Source of the DNA: Candidatus Woesearchaeota archaeon
GTDB taxonomy: Archaea > Nanobdellota > Nanobdellia > Woesearchaeales > JAHWIC01
Reading direction: 5' to 3'
Length of the DNA: 64,000 nt
NCBI GenBank assembly: GCA_019322485.1
Contig: JAHWIK010000015.1
Location: 23,216-87,215, forward strand
Shown: positions 26,017 to 35,889 of the stretch, in pieces
Position numbering within the stretch: the first letter of the stretch is position 1
Layout: the number at the start of each line of letters is the position of its first letter
The notes under the pieces: model-generated
The model's input: the letters and a program-made list of their open reading frames with translations, nothing else
Database searches by the model: none
Told to the model about the DNA's origin: nothing
Made by a program: the position numbers and the translations under genes

Positions 26017-29000
26017 GTTGTTCTCACCAATATAGTTGAATTCTTCTGCCCCGAGGGCTCAAGCAACGGCACAGTTGCGTTCAAATCAATCTCTGCTGTG
26101 TCTGAGGCATCTTCCCAGTTTAGATTATATATTGCCGGCGTGCTGTTTGAAGGCATTGGAGTTAATGTTGTCGTTGCTGAAGTGAATGAGCCGGATTCAT
26201 TCACGCCTATTGCGAATTGATATGACTCATTTGGATTAGGCACTGTCTCAAACAAGTCAGTTGCATTTATTGATATGTTGACAATTAAATTGCCTACATT
26301 TTCCAATAGGAGCGGCAGTGGGCTGTCATCTTCTGTGGATTCACTAAAGCCAGGTATTACCACCCCAAAGTCAACTACATCCCTTGTCAGGTTTATTGCT
26401 ATGTATGAGCTTAATGTAAAGTTCCATACATCGCTCCATTCTCCTGAGATAATGGAGTGATAAGCCCTTACTCTCCAGAAATATGTCTTGTCAAGCTCGA
26501 GGTCGCTTATTAGTGTGTGGCTGGTTTCATTATTGCTTCCTTCTGATAGATTTCCTCTTGAGTAATCTAATGATGTAAAGATTGGCGAATCATCTATCTC
26601 TATCTCGTATTTTGCAGTTGTTGAGCCATTGTAGGTTGCATTGTACCAAGTGAATGTTGGCCTTAGCTCTGTTGTGGTGTTTCCGCTTTCCGGGCTTTTG
26701 AGGATAACCTTTGACGGCCTGTTGGCTTCTTCTCTTTCACATGCGTCTTTGCATGTGTAGCCATTGTATGTCTGGGTATAATCACAGACCCATATGTTCT
26801 CTTTGCTGTTTCCATTGCTCCAAGGCAGTTCTCCTGATACTGTTCTTGTGTCATTGTCATCTCTTAACTCAACCTCAACAGTATAGTATCCTTCACTCAA
26901 GCCGCTTAAACTGACTGTGCCATTGCACATTCCTGTTGATGCAAGCGGAACACTTCCGAGAGATATCCTGCTGCCAGGGCTGTTCTTTTCTGCATAAACA
27001 ACACAGCCAGAGGCATTAGCAGTAAATCCATAAGTGCTTGTGAAATTAACTGCTACATTCAGTGTTTCTGTTGGCACGTAATAATCCTTTGTTGGGTATG
27101 AAGTACTGCAGTTTGTGTCTATGCAGAAGAATCCTGTTGTTTGTTTTGGCAAGGTTCTTACATCAATGGTCAGGCTTGTGTTTGGACCAATATTGCCGAC
27201 ACCATCAACTGCCCTTGCATAGATTGTATTTAAGCCGTCAGATAATGTGAGGGCATACCTGCAGTCATAAGCTGATGTTTCATTTACCCATCCAGTGCCG
27301 TCATTAAACTGGCAAAGTTCAACGCCGGAATTCCATGTGCCAGAGTCAGTTGCATTTACTCTTACATAAACAGTGTCTGAGGCGCTTAATCTGGTAACTG
27401 TATTGTCTGTTTTTATCATTCTTAGCCTGGAGGTTGTGTAATCATCATCTGCAGGAGTTGTTTTTACAAATACTGGTGCTTGCGGCGGCTCTGTTTCAAG
27501 GATGTACTGCGTAACATCTGCATTTTGCTCTACTCCGCCTATACTTGTTGAGACATAATACGAGAAACTCGAGTTTTGTACAATTGTGTCATTATCAGGG
27601 ACAGTTATCCAGAATGTTAGGTTTAAAATCTGGTTTGGATATGCTCCGCTGTATTCTATAAGGACAGCCTGGTAATGATATCCTGATTGAGCACTGTACT
27701 GCACATTGAAATTACCAGAGTCTGTTCCATAGATTCCAGAGTTTGATGCATTCATCTCATAATCTAATGGCACATAGGTTGCGCTTGCACTTCCAAGATA
27801 AATCTGGATTGTTTTTCCGTTTACATTTGTGGCTGAGTCTGTGAATGTGAATGTAAGGTTTTTTCCTCTCCAATGATATTCTGTGTATGTCAGGTCAGGT
27901 GTTCCGCCGCCCCAGTTTGTGTTTACTGAGTAATCTGGGGGCTCTCCGCCTATGTAGCTGACTGCTGCTGCATCAGAGCATTTTAGCGTGCATGCTGCTA
28001 AACTATTTGTATACGGGGCCAGGCATGAAGCACCTGATGAACAATCTGAGTCTTCGCAGTCAACTGAATTGTCAAAATCATTGTCATAGCTGTCTGTGCA
28101 TGCTGATTCTGTTGTTCTATACCCTGTTCCTGCACTAGCCGAGTTGCAGATTCCTTGGCTTGTAGACCACACACCAACGATTCCATCACAGTCTGAATCC
28201 CTGCAGTCATAAACACCATCATTAAGGCTGGCGTTTATCTCATTAGGGTCATAATTTGTCTTTGAGATGTATTCATCTTGGTATTCATACTCATTGTTTA
28301 AGCCATCCATGCACGAATCTAGCGTTACATTCTCTTCTGGAGGACAGACCCTGCATAATCCTTGATGATAACATCCTGTATCATAACAGTTTGCAAGATT
28401 ATCGCCATCATTATCCATTGAGTAAGCTGTTGTTCCGCTTGAATTATAATCACCGCAAAGAGTATCATCAAAAGGATCAAAGTACATCTCTTCAAATAAT
28501 GCACATAAAATATCTCCTGGGCCCAGCAGGCCATTGCAGTCAGGGTCGCCACAATCTGTTCCTGAAGCATCATTTGTCTCGTATTCTGTTCCATTCCATG
28601 TGTAGGCATCTAGGTCATTGTCTAATGTGTCATTGCAGGTCTGCTCTACTATTGATAATCCTGAGCCGTCATCTGTACAGACATACAGGCCAGATTCCTG
28701 CACAGCATAGCAGTTATAATCATCACAATCTTCACCTGTATTTGCACCGGCATGTGCGCTTCCTGACTCTCCAACATAATAGGTTCCTAGGTCTTGGTCA
28801 TTGTCAACTCCATCAGAACAGTTGTATTCCCATCTTATTGTGCATAAGCCGATATTTCCTGAGTCATTTATGTAAGTGTTATTGCAGTCAGAGTCATAAT
28901 TATTCCATGCACAGTCAATTCCTGCTCCAGCTGCAGTACTTAGATTAATACCATCTGACAAATAATTATCAAGGTCATTGTCAATGCTGTCAAGGCACCA

Positions 29001-32000
29001 GTTTTGTGTGCTGTTGCAGCCAGTTGGTGAGCATGTATAGTTTTCCCGGCCAGGGCAGGCAGAATTGTTATAACAGCTGTAATCATTGCAGTCACCATCT
29101 TGCAGGTAGGTGTTTGCTCCAAAGTGGTATTGATATGATGCATTTGTCCATCCAGGGTTCTGCATCTGGCTGATGTAATAATCCTGGTCATTATCAAAAA
29201 CATCTGTACAGTTTCTTTCAATAATTAATTCACAGTTTTGTCCTGACGGGCCGATAGCTGTATCATTGCAGTCTTGGTCATATCTATAGCTGTCATAAGC
29301 AATAGCATACGGCCAGAATTGGTTTGGAGTGAGACCATATGCATAATAGATGCAGTCTATTCCGCCTGATAGGTTTTCCACTCTGTTTGAATCTAATAAA
29401 TAATCAGTTATGTTGTAGACATACCTGTCTAGGTCATTGTCAACTCCATCAGTGCACAATGATGCTGTTTCTGTTGTAGGGCATGCAGAGTCATTTGCAC
29501 AGTCATAATCATCACAATCATAGCCGCCAGAGGCGCTTGTCCTATTCCCGCCAGGATTGTATGCATTATCTAAGTCATTGTCATAACCATCTGTACAGTT
29601 TATCTCGTGGCCTAGCTCACATTTTCCAGGACCCATATCAACACCATCACAGTCTGCATCAGGGTAGTGGTTTCCATCATAGTTATATCTGCAGTCCATT
29701 CCACCGCCATACTGGTTGTTTGTTGCACTATATTGTGTTCCTGTCCAGCCGGTTATTGTATAATAATCAAGGTCATTATCCTTGTTGTCAGAACAGTTTG
29801 CTCCATCATTTTCCCAATAGTTTGTTACATTGCATGTTGATTGGCAGTCATACTCTCCATGTGCAATGTTGCTTCCACCTGCACCATATTGATAATTTGG
29901 GTTTGTTGTTGAGGCTCCTGTTGAGGTCGTATTGCAGTCAAGTTCCCCATCCTGGTCATTATCAAATCCATCTGAGCAGCTTGTTTCAAAGATTAATTGG
30001 CATGTTCCTGCTGGCAATACAGAACTATTGCAGTCTATATCATACTCTACCATCCTGCAGTCAGCTCCTGCTCCTGGCAAGCCCGAGTAAAAGTCTAGGT
30101 CATTGTCCTTTCCGTCAATGCATGTTATTCCTGACTCATTTATGGGACAGTTTGAATCATTGAAACAATCATATTCTCCATGAGGATAAGTTCCTCCACC
30201 AGAATAGGTTGACCTGGGGTTAGTTGGATTGCTTAAGTACTGGATTACCCCGCCTGTAAAGAATGCTGTTGTGTTGCAGTCAAATGCTCTGTCACGGTCA
30301 TTATCAAACAAGTCATTACATATTGTTTCTACCCCTAATTCGCATGTGCCATTGATTCCTCCAACATTATAGCTGAGCCAGCTTGAGTTTAGGATGTATG
30401 TGTTGTTGCAGTCAGTGTCCCATGTACCTGCATTATAATGGCAGTCTGTATCACCATCATCGTCATTGTCAAAGCCGTCTGTGCAGGAGTTATTTGTTGC
30501 AGCATATTTGCTTTCATTCTGGTAAGCGCATAAAGGATAGGTTCCGTCAGGGTTTGCCGATGTTGAACCAATATAAGCGTCGCAATCAATGTCAATACAG
30601 TCTGTTGTATAATCCAAGTCATTGTCATATGAGTCTGCACAAGATATATCATGTTCATCTCTTACGCCGTCATCTGAAATATTTATGTTAAATTTAAAGT
30701 CATATGCTGAACCATTAAATATCCTGTTCAAGACTAAGCCATACATTCCATAGAAGTTGTTTGTTGTATTCATCATTGCTTTTAGGACATTATCTAATGT
30801 GCTTTGGGTGTAAGGTGTTGGGTCAGAAGGAGGATTTGGGCCAGACTGGGCAATTATTGAGTTAGCACTTGTTGTTTTTCCGCTTAGACCGGTTGTTGCG
30901 GAGTAGTTTAATATCCAGAAATCACCAGGGTTTTCCTGCCATAATGATGTATTGAACTGCCACACCTTGAAATAAGCTGTATAGCCTGTTATTTGCGAGG
31001 TTTGATACAGCCTCATACTAAACAATGCTTCTGGCTGTATCTTGTATGTGTAAGTGACTGCTGTGTTCGATGCTGTTCCAGTGCATAAGTTTGGTGCGCA
31101 TGAAGCATCACAGGTTCCACCGTCTATGCATTGAAGTGACCCATCTAAATCACCTGGGTCATATGGCGGGTCATCTCTCCAGCCAGCTGCTGTTTTGTTG
31201 CAAGTCCATGCAGGAGTGCCCTGCTTGTTTGTATTAGAGCCCCCTACAATATAATATTCTCCGTAGACAATTGAAGCGCAGTCTGAATCCTCACAATCTA
31301 TTTTACCATCTCCATCATCATCTGCATTATTAGCACAGTGCGTCTCCACAACGTCAGGGGTATTCTTTTTCTTTATTGAGAAGTCAACGTCTTTTGCACC
31401 ATAATAATATGATGAGTCTGCGGGATTATAGAAAACACTTGAACAGGTGTTGTTTTCAAGGAAGTAGTTTGAGTTATCTACGCCGGCTGCACAGTTTGCT
31501 GCCCTGGTCACATAACCTACATACCATGCATAGTTGAGGGCAGCTTTACCCTCGTAGAAAGCAAGTTGCACTGTTCCGTTTAATCTTCTGCCAGATGTTA
31601 CAGGTATTGTGCATGTCCTGTGGCATTCTTCACCAACAGGGCATGTTGAATCCTCAGAGTTATTGACATTAGTCACTGTATTGCTTTGGCTTATTGTATA
31701 GGATATAGAGTAATTATTTCCTGCTGTGTTGGTAACTGTTTCTGCTCCATCTGCATAGTTCGAGTCCATGCAGGAGAAATTAGCTTTTAGGTTTTCGATT
31801 ATTCCTTCTCCGATTACTGTCAGATTTATTACTGAACCATCTTCGTAGAACACCCTTCTCCTGTAATTATTTGAGGTATCTGCCACTCTCAACAGGAAGA
31901 ATCCTACTGTTCCTGATGAGCTAGCTCCTCCTGTTATTTCTGTAATAGATGATAACTCTTTTCCATCAGGGATTATGAAGAAGTTTAGTGAACTGACAAG

Positions 32001-32063
32001 TAAGAGGATAATACAAAGTACTAATTTAATAATTTCAGATATCTTTTTTGTTTTATCTTTCAT
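26013..32063 (-). CDS. giant (2016 aa) surface protein with about 15 Cys/Asp/Asn calcium-binding-like repeats and C-terminal Ig/FN3-like domains
   Basis: N-terminal TM/signal. Repeated 'C-x-D-x-x-DND-x-D...DC-x-D-x-DC' units, e.g. CSDGFDNDQDGELDC, CTDGVDNDLDRY, CIDGKDNDLDFY. The C-terminal 'RPTFTWYNA...YFWRVRAY' is FN3-like. Confidence 0.8.
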   Translation of the reverse strand: MKDKTKKISEIIKLVLCIILLLVSSLNFFIIPDGKELSSITEITGGASSSGTVGFFLLRVADTSNNYRRRVFYEDGSVINLTVIGEGIIENLKANFSCMDSNYADGAETVTNTAGNNYSISYTISQSNTVTNVNNSEDSTCPVGEECHRTCTIPVTSGRRLNGTVQLAFYEGKAALNYAWYVGYVTRAANCAAGVDNSNYFLENNTCSSVFYNPADSSYYYGAKDVDFSIKKKNTPDVVETHCANNADDDGDGKIDCEDSDCASIVYGEYYIVGGSNTNKQGTPAWTCNKTAAGWRDDPPYDPGDLDGSLQCIDGGTCDASCAPNLCTGTASNTAVTYTYKIQPEALFSMRLYQTSQITGYTAYFKVWQFNTSLWQENPGDFWILNYSATTGLSGKTTSANSIIAQSGPNPPSDPTPYTQSTLDNVLKAMMNTTNNFYGMYGLVLNRIFNGSAYDFKFNINISDDGVRDEHDISCADSYDNDLDYTTDCIDIDCDAYIGSTSANPDGTYPLCAYQNESKYAATNNSCTDGFDNDDDGDTDCHYNAGTWDTDCNNTYILNSSWLSYNVGGINGTCELGVETICNDLFDNDRDRAFDCNTTAFFTGGVIQYLSNPTNPRSTYSGGGTYPHGEYDCFNDSNCPINESGITCIDGKDNDLDFYSGLPGAGADCRMVEYDIDCNSSVLPAGTCQLIFETSCSDGFDNDQDGELDCNTTSTGASTTNPNYQYGAGGSNIAHGEYDCQSTCNVTNYWENDGANCSDNKDNDLDYYTITGWTGTQYSATNNQYGGGMDCRYNYDGNHYPDADCDGVDMGPGKCELGHEINCTDGYDNDLDNAYNPGGNRTSASGGYDCDDYDCANDSACPTTETASLCTDGVDNDLDRYVYNITDYLLDSNRVENLSGGIDCIYYAYGLTPNQFWPYAIAYDSYRYDQDCNDTAIGPSGQNCELIIERNCTDVFDNDQDYYISQMQNPGWTNASYQYHFGANTYLQDGDCNDYSCYNNSACPGRENYTCSPTGCNSTQNWCLDSIDNDLDNYLSDGINLSTAAGAGIDCAWNNYDSDCNNTYINDSGNIGLCTIRWEYNCSDGVDNDQDLGTYYVGESGSAHAGANTGEDCDDYNCYAVQESGLYVCTDDGSGLSIVEQTCNDTLDNDLDAYTWNGTEYETNDASGTDCGDPDCNGLLGPGDILCALFEEMYFDPFDDTLCGDYNSSGTTAYSMDNDGDNLANCYDTGCYHQGLCRVCPPEENVTLDSCMDGLNNEYEYQDEYISKTNYDPNEINASLNDGVYDCRDSDCDGIVGVWSTSQGICNSASAGTGYRTTESACTDSYDNDFDNSVDCEDSDCSSGASCLAPYTNSLAACTLKCSDAAAVSYIGGEPPDYSVNTNWGGGTPDLTYTEYHWRGKNLTFTFTDSATNVNGKTIQIYLGSASATYVPLDYEMNASNSGIYGTDSGNFNVQYSAQSGYHYQAVLIEYSGAYPNQILNLTFWITVPDNDTIVQNSSFSYYVSTSIGGVEQNADVTQYILETEPPQAPVFVKTTPADDDYTTSRLRMIKTDNTVTRLSASDTVYVRVNATDSGTWNSGVELCQFNDGTGWVNETSAYDCRYALTLSDGLNTIYARAVDGVGNIGPNTSLTIDVRTLPKQTTGFFCIDTNCSTSYPTKDYYVPTETLNVAVNFTSTYGFTANASGCVVYAEKNSPGSRISLGSVPLASTGMCNGTVSLSGLSEGYYTVEVELRDDNDTRTVSGELPWSNGNSKENIWVCDYTQTYNGYTCKDACEREEANRPSKVILKSPESGNTTTELRPTFTWYNATYNGSTTAKYEIEIDDSPIFTSLDYSRGNLSEGSNNETSHTLISDLELDKTYFWRVRAYHSIISGEWSDVWNFTLSSYIAINLTRDVVDFGVVIPGFSESTEDDSPLPLLLENVGNLIVNISINATDLFETVPNPNESYQFAIGVNESGSFTSATTTLTPMPSNSTPAIYNLNWEDASDTAEIDLNATVPLLEPSGQKNSTILVRTT

Positions 32064-32212
32064 TATTCTATTAACACCACTTTTACTTTTTTGTTAGCCC
32101 AGTGTTTAGGAACGTAGATTTGAGCACCGTTGCCGCTGTGTTTTGCGGTCTTCTCAATAACCTCATAACCTTCCATTTCCATTTGAATCGGCTTTCTCTT
32201 TAGGCGTTTCAT
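32063..32212 (-). CDS. 49-aa AbrB/SpoVT-like (DUF2080-like) mini-protein, copy 1
   Basis: My own translation, below the ORF-track cutoff: MKRLKRKPIQMEMEGYEVIEKTAKHSGNGAQIYVPKHWANKKVKVVLIE. Its stop TAA shares 1 nt with the giant gene's ATG (TAATG). Confidence 0.55.
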   Translation of the reverse strand: MKRLKRKPIQMEMEGYEVIEKTAKHSGNGAQIYVPKHWANKKVKVVLIE

Positions 32213-32352
32213 TATTCTATTAACACCACCTTGACTTTTTTGTTAGCCCAGTGTTTAGGAACGTAGATTTGAGCACCGTTGCCGCTGTGTTTTGCAGTCT
32301 TCTCAACTACCTCATGCCCTTCTATTTTCATCTGAATTGGCTTACTTTTCAT
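32212..32352 (-). CDS. 46-aa AbrB/SpoVT-like (DUF2080-like) mini-protein, copy 2
   Basis: My own translation: MKSKPIQMKIEGHEVVEKTAKHSGNGAQIYVPKHWANKKVKVVLIE. It makes a TAATG junction with copy 1. The C-terminal 30 aa are identical to copy 1. Confidence 0.55.
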   Translation of the reverse strand: MKSKPIQMKIEGHEVVEKTAKHSGNGAQIYVPKHWANKKVKVVLIE

Positions 32353-32385
32353 GTAGCTACAATGTAGCTACATCACTTTATAAAG
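32353..32385 (-). promoter_or_regulatory. TATA box plus a double 8-bp palindrome (GTAGCTAC x2) abutting the mini-gene start codon
   Basis: The minus strand reads CTTTATAAAG-TGAT-GTAGCTAC-ATT-GTAGCTAC-ATG. The TATA box is about 25 nt upstream of the ATG, which implies a leaderless transcript. Confidence 0.45.
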
Positions 32386-32436
32386 ATTTCGGTATTTTAG
32401 AAGATATTTTGAGAAAGAACGTCAGAAAGAAACTAT

Positions 32437-32715
32437 TTACTGAATATCCTCAATCCTAATTATATGATATCCAAACTGAGTCTTTACGGGGCCGACAATG
32501 TCTCCTTTCTTTGCATTGAAGCAGGCATTCTCAAACTCTTTTGCCATTTGACCTCTTTTAAACCATCCAAGATTTCCTCCCTTTTTTCTTGAAGGGCACA
32601 TTGATTTCTCTTTAGCAACCTCTGCAAAGTCCTTTCCATGAGTCACATCATAAGAAACAACAAGAGCTTCCTGCTCTGTTTTAACTAAGATATGCGATGC
32701 ATTGACTTTTTTCAT
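32437..32715 (-). CDS. parvulin-type peptidyl-prolyl cis-trans isomerase
   Basis: 'ASHILVKTEQEA', 'GGNLGWFKRGQMAKEFE' and 'GPVKTQFGYHII'. Confidence 0.85.
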   Translation of the reverse strand: MKKVNASHILVKTEQEALVVSYDVTHGKDFAEVAKEKSMCPSRKKGGNLGWFKRGQMAKEFENACFNAKKGDIVGPVKTQFGYHIIRIEDIQ

Positions 32716-32729
32716 AAAACACCCCTGAT

Positions 32730-33452
32730 TTATTCAACATAAACCTTTTCCTTTCCTAGATTCTTAAATGGAATCTCACCAAATCTGCAATTTCTGCAGG
32801 TTGCATCCAAATCAACCCAGTGGTCCATTGATTTATAGCTTTTCAGGGCATCTGGAAGATAAGCCTGGACATAAACATGCCTTGGAATGAAAACTAACCT
32901 TGTGTTTACACCAATTGCTTCTAAGAGAGTTGCTAATAGAACAGCAGCATCATCGCAGTCACCACCCTGAACAGAAAGAGATTCTTTGGCTGTCTTAACA
33001 TACTCAAACTCATTTGGGTCAGAGACATAATTGAAATTATCACGAATAAAATAATAGAGGGCTTTTGCATGGCATACGCGATTAGTAGGGCAGCCCATAA
33101 CTGAAACCCTGTCAGCAGTCTGCTTGATTAAAGGGTCTGTTGGGTCTATTAACTCCAAGAAATCGTATTTGTTGGTCACATTATGTTTTGTAAGGTTTAA
33201 TGAGAATTCTGGAACAACCTCGCTGATTGTTGGAATATAATTAGGTGCAGGATCAATCTTTATAGAATAAGAAGGAACCAGCCATAGCACAACTAATAAT
33301 AACAGAAATATTGCCATAATCCATTTTATAGGGCCTCTCCACCATGGCTCTTGCTCAATATCCTCATGAACTTCGTGTTCTTCTTCCATATTGATTGTTT
33401 TTTCTTCTATGTTTATATTGTTTTTGTTTGAGGAAAGCTTTATAAATCGCAT
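32730..33452 (-). CDS. membrane-anchored transglutaminase-like (papain-fold) domain protein
   Basis: One TM segment. 'QGGDCDDAAVLLATLLEAIGVNTRLV..PRHVYV' followed by 'DLDAT', giving a Cys-His-Asp arrangement. Confidence 0.65.
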   Translation of the reverse strand: MRFIKLSSNKNNINIEEKTINMEEEHEVHEDIEQEPWWRGPIKWIMAIFLLLLVVLWLVPSYSIKIDPAPNYIPTISEVVPEFSLNLTKHNVTNKYDFLELIDPTDPLIKQTADRVSVMGCPTNRVCHAKALYYFIRDNFNYVSDPNEFEYVKTAKESLSVQGGDCDDAAVLLATLLEAIGVNTRLVFIPRHVYVQAYLPDALKSYKSMDHWVDLDATCRNCRFGEIPFKNLGKEKVYVE

Positions 33453-33472
33453 AAAAATCCTGCGCTGGAAAA

Positions 33473-33925
33473 ATGGACTATGCTGAATCAGATAGGGAAC
33501 ATTTGGAGAGCACCTTAGCAGCTGCTACTTCGCCAGTATTAGCTTATTATAGAACTGGCTCAACAGTGAATGGCCAAGCTTTGCCTCACTCTGATATAGA
33601 TTATATTATAATAAATGACATGGATACACATACTCCTTATGGGCATGTTGCCCGTGTCTGGGACCCAAATGCTGCAAAGTTTGTTGATTTTGTTCATTTT
33701 ACAAGAAAGGACCTGGAGTCTCCATCAACAATACCAGATGAGCAGGGCAGAGATGGCAAAATTAAGTATTTGATGAGAGAATTAGTGCGTGAGAGGATAC
33801 TTCTTCATGGTGGAGATGCTTTTCTTGCTTTATTAAATGAAGGAGACCTAAAAAGAGTAGCAGAACAATTAGGGATAGATTCTAGTTCAATGGCAAGGCT
33901 GAAAAATGCAGTATCCTGGGAATAG
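33473..33925 (+). CDS. minimal nucleotidyltransferase (Pol-beta superfamily) domain protein
   Basis: 'YYRTGSTVNGQALPHSDIDYIII' matches the GS-x(n)-D-x-D motif. Confidence 0.55.
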   Translation: MDYAESDREHLESTLAAATSPVLAYYRTGSTVNGQALPHSDIDYIIINDMDTHTPYGHVARVWDPNAAKFVDFVHFTRKDLESPSTIPDEQGRDGKIKYLMRELVRERILLHGGDAFLALLNEGDLKRVAEQLGIDSSSMARLKNAVSWE

Positions 33926-33996
33926 GTTTTTCTTTTTATCCCGAAATTAAAACAACCTTTATAAACAATAATTCTTAACTTTTTCTGGGGGAAATA

Positions 33997-35889
33997 ATGG
34001 TTAAAGAGGAGTTAGATAGAAGTCACTTTCTTGATTTAGTCAGTAGTCCGAAGGATTTGAGGCTGTTGAATAAGCAGCAGTTAGATATGCTTGCTGAGGA
34101 ATTAAGAAGGCTAATAATTGAAACTGTAAGCAAGACAGGCGGCCACTTAGCGTCCAGCCTTGGTGTTATTGAATTAACTATTGCTTTGCATTATGTTTTT
34201 GACTCACCAAATGACAAGATAGTATGGGATGTTGGACATCAGGCTTATGCACATAAGCTGTTAACAGGAAGAAAAAATAAGTTCCATACCTTAAGGCAGC
34301 ACAAGGGCATAGCTGGTTTTCCAAAATCAAAGGAGAGCCCTCACGATGCCTTTGATACTGGACACAGCTCAACAGCAATATCAGCAGCTTTAGGAATAGC
34401 AGCTGCTCGCGATTTAAAGCATGAAAAAAACAAGGTGATAGCTGTTATTGGAGACGGAGCTTTAACTGGCGGAATGTCTTTTGAAGCCTTAAATCATGCT
34501 GGCTCATTAAAGAAAGACCTCATAGTAATCCTTAATGATAATGAGATGTCAATAAGCAAGAATGTAGGTGCTTTATCCTCTTATCTTTCAAAGCTGGTAT
34601 CAAAGCCTGGTTATGTCGACAGAAGAAAGAAAGTAGAAAGGATTTTAAGGGGGATACCTGGCCTGAGAAGGCAGGCTGCTAAGGTTTTTGGAATCGAGGA
34701 TACAATAAGGGCTTTAGCAGCTACAACTCCTGGCCTGATATTCAGGGAGCTTGGTTTTAGGTATTTTGGACCTGTTGATGGCCATAATATCGAGCAGATG
34801 ATAAAAACATTAGAGAACATAGAACAGCTTAAAGGTCCTATATTGCTTCATGTCATAACAAAAAAAGGGAAAGGCTATAGCTATGCAGAAGCTGACAGGA
34901 CAAGGTTTCATGGCATTGCGCCATTCAACATAGAGAATGGTGAAAAGAAGCACAAGAGCAGCGTTACATACACAACAGCATTCTCAAGATGTTTGACAAA
35001 GCTTGCAAAGCAGGACAAAAGGGTAGTTGCAATAACAGCAGCAATGAAGCCTGGAACAGGATTAGACCAGTTTGCAGGAATGTTTCCAGACAGGTTATTT
35101 GACGTCGGCATAGCAGAGCAGCATGCAGTTACATTTGCAGCTGGCTTGGCTAAGAACGGCTATAAGCCGGTATGCGCGATTTATTCTACTTTCCTGCAAA
35201 GGGCTTATGACCAGATTGTGCACGATGTTTGTTTGCAGAACCTGCCTGTTGTCTTTGCAATTGATAGAGCTGGCTTGGTCGGAGAGGACGGACCAACACA
35301 TCATGGAAGTTTTGATTTATCTTATCTGAGGCATATACCAAACATGACTGTAATGGCTCCAAAGGACGAGAATGAACTGGGGCATATGCTAAAAACAGCT
35401 TTAGAGATTGACGGGCCGGTTGCAGTAAGATACCCAAGAGGTACGGGCTTGGGGGTTGCAATACAGAACCCATACCACCCAATAGAATTAGGAAAAGCAG
35501 AAGTAATGCAGAAAGGAAAAGATTTGGCAATATTAGCAGTTGGTTCTTGCGTTGATATGGCGAATAAGGCTGCTGAGAAACTGGGGAAGAATAAAATAAA
35601 TGCAACCGTTGTTAATGTAAGGTTTGTAAAGCCTCTGGACGAGAAACTAATACTGAACCTAGCAAAGAAACACAGGAAACTGATTACTATAGAGGAGAAT
35701 GCATTAGATGGCGGTTTTGGTTCTGGTGTGCTGGAATTGTTGGAGCAGTATAACACCAAGGCAACGGTAAAAAGAATTGGAATACCTGATAAATTTGTAG
35801 AGCACGGTTCAATGTCAATCTTAAGAGAAAAAATTGGATTAACTGAGGATAATATAGTGAAGGAAGCGAAGTCGTTGATGGCAAAATGA
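33997..35889 (+). CDS. dxs: 1-deoxy-D-xylulose-5-phosphate synthase
   Basis: 'GGHLASSLGVIELTIALHYVF', 'DVGHQAYAHKLLTGR', 'GDGALTGGMSFEALNHAG' and 'DGPTHHG'. Confidence 0.95.
   Translation: MVKEELDRSHFLDLVSSPKDLRLLNKQQLDMLAEELRRLIIETVSKTGGHLASSLGVIELTIALHYVFDSPNDKIVWDVGHQAYAHKLLTGRKNKFHTLRQHKGIAGFPKSKESPHDAFDTGHSSTAISAALGIAAARDLKHEKNKVIAVIGDGALTGGMSFEALNHAGSLKKDLIVILNDNEMSISKNVGALSSYLSKLVSKPGYVDRRKKVERILRGIPGLRRQAAKVFGIEDTIRALAATTPGLIFRELGFRYFGPVDGHNIEQMIKTLENIEQLKGPILLHVITKKGKGYSYAEADRTRFHGIAPFNIENGEKKHKSSVTYTTAFSRCLTKLAKQDKRVVAITAAMKPGTGLDQFAGMFPDRLFDVGIAEQHAVTFAAGLAKNGYKPVCAIYSTFLQRAYDQIVHDVCLQNLPVVFAIDRAGLVGEDGPTHHGSFDLSYLRHIPNMTVMAPKDENELGHMLKTALEIDGPVAVRYPRGTGLGVAIQNPYHPIELGKAEVMQKGKDLAILAVGSCVDMANKAAEKLGKNKINATVVNVRFVKPLDEKLILNLAKKHRKLITIEENALDGGFGSGVLELLEQYNTKATVKRIGIPDKFVEHGSMSILREKIGLTEDNIVKEAKSLMAK

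Noticed and set aside
26275-30691. Many 60-230 aa ORFs on both strands inside the giant gene, e.g. 28256..28948 and 29483..30163
   Set aside because: They are His/Leu/Cys/Ser-rich alternative-frame or antisense translations of a repetitive Asp/Asn/Cys coding region. The 2016-aa frame explains the sequence.
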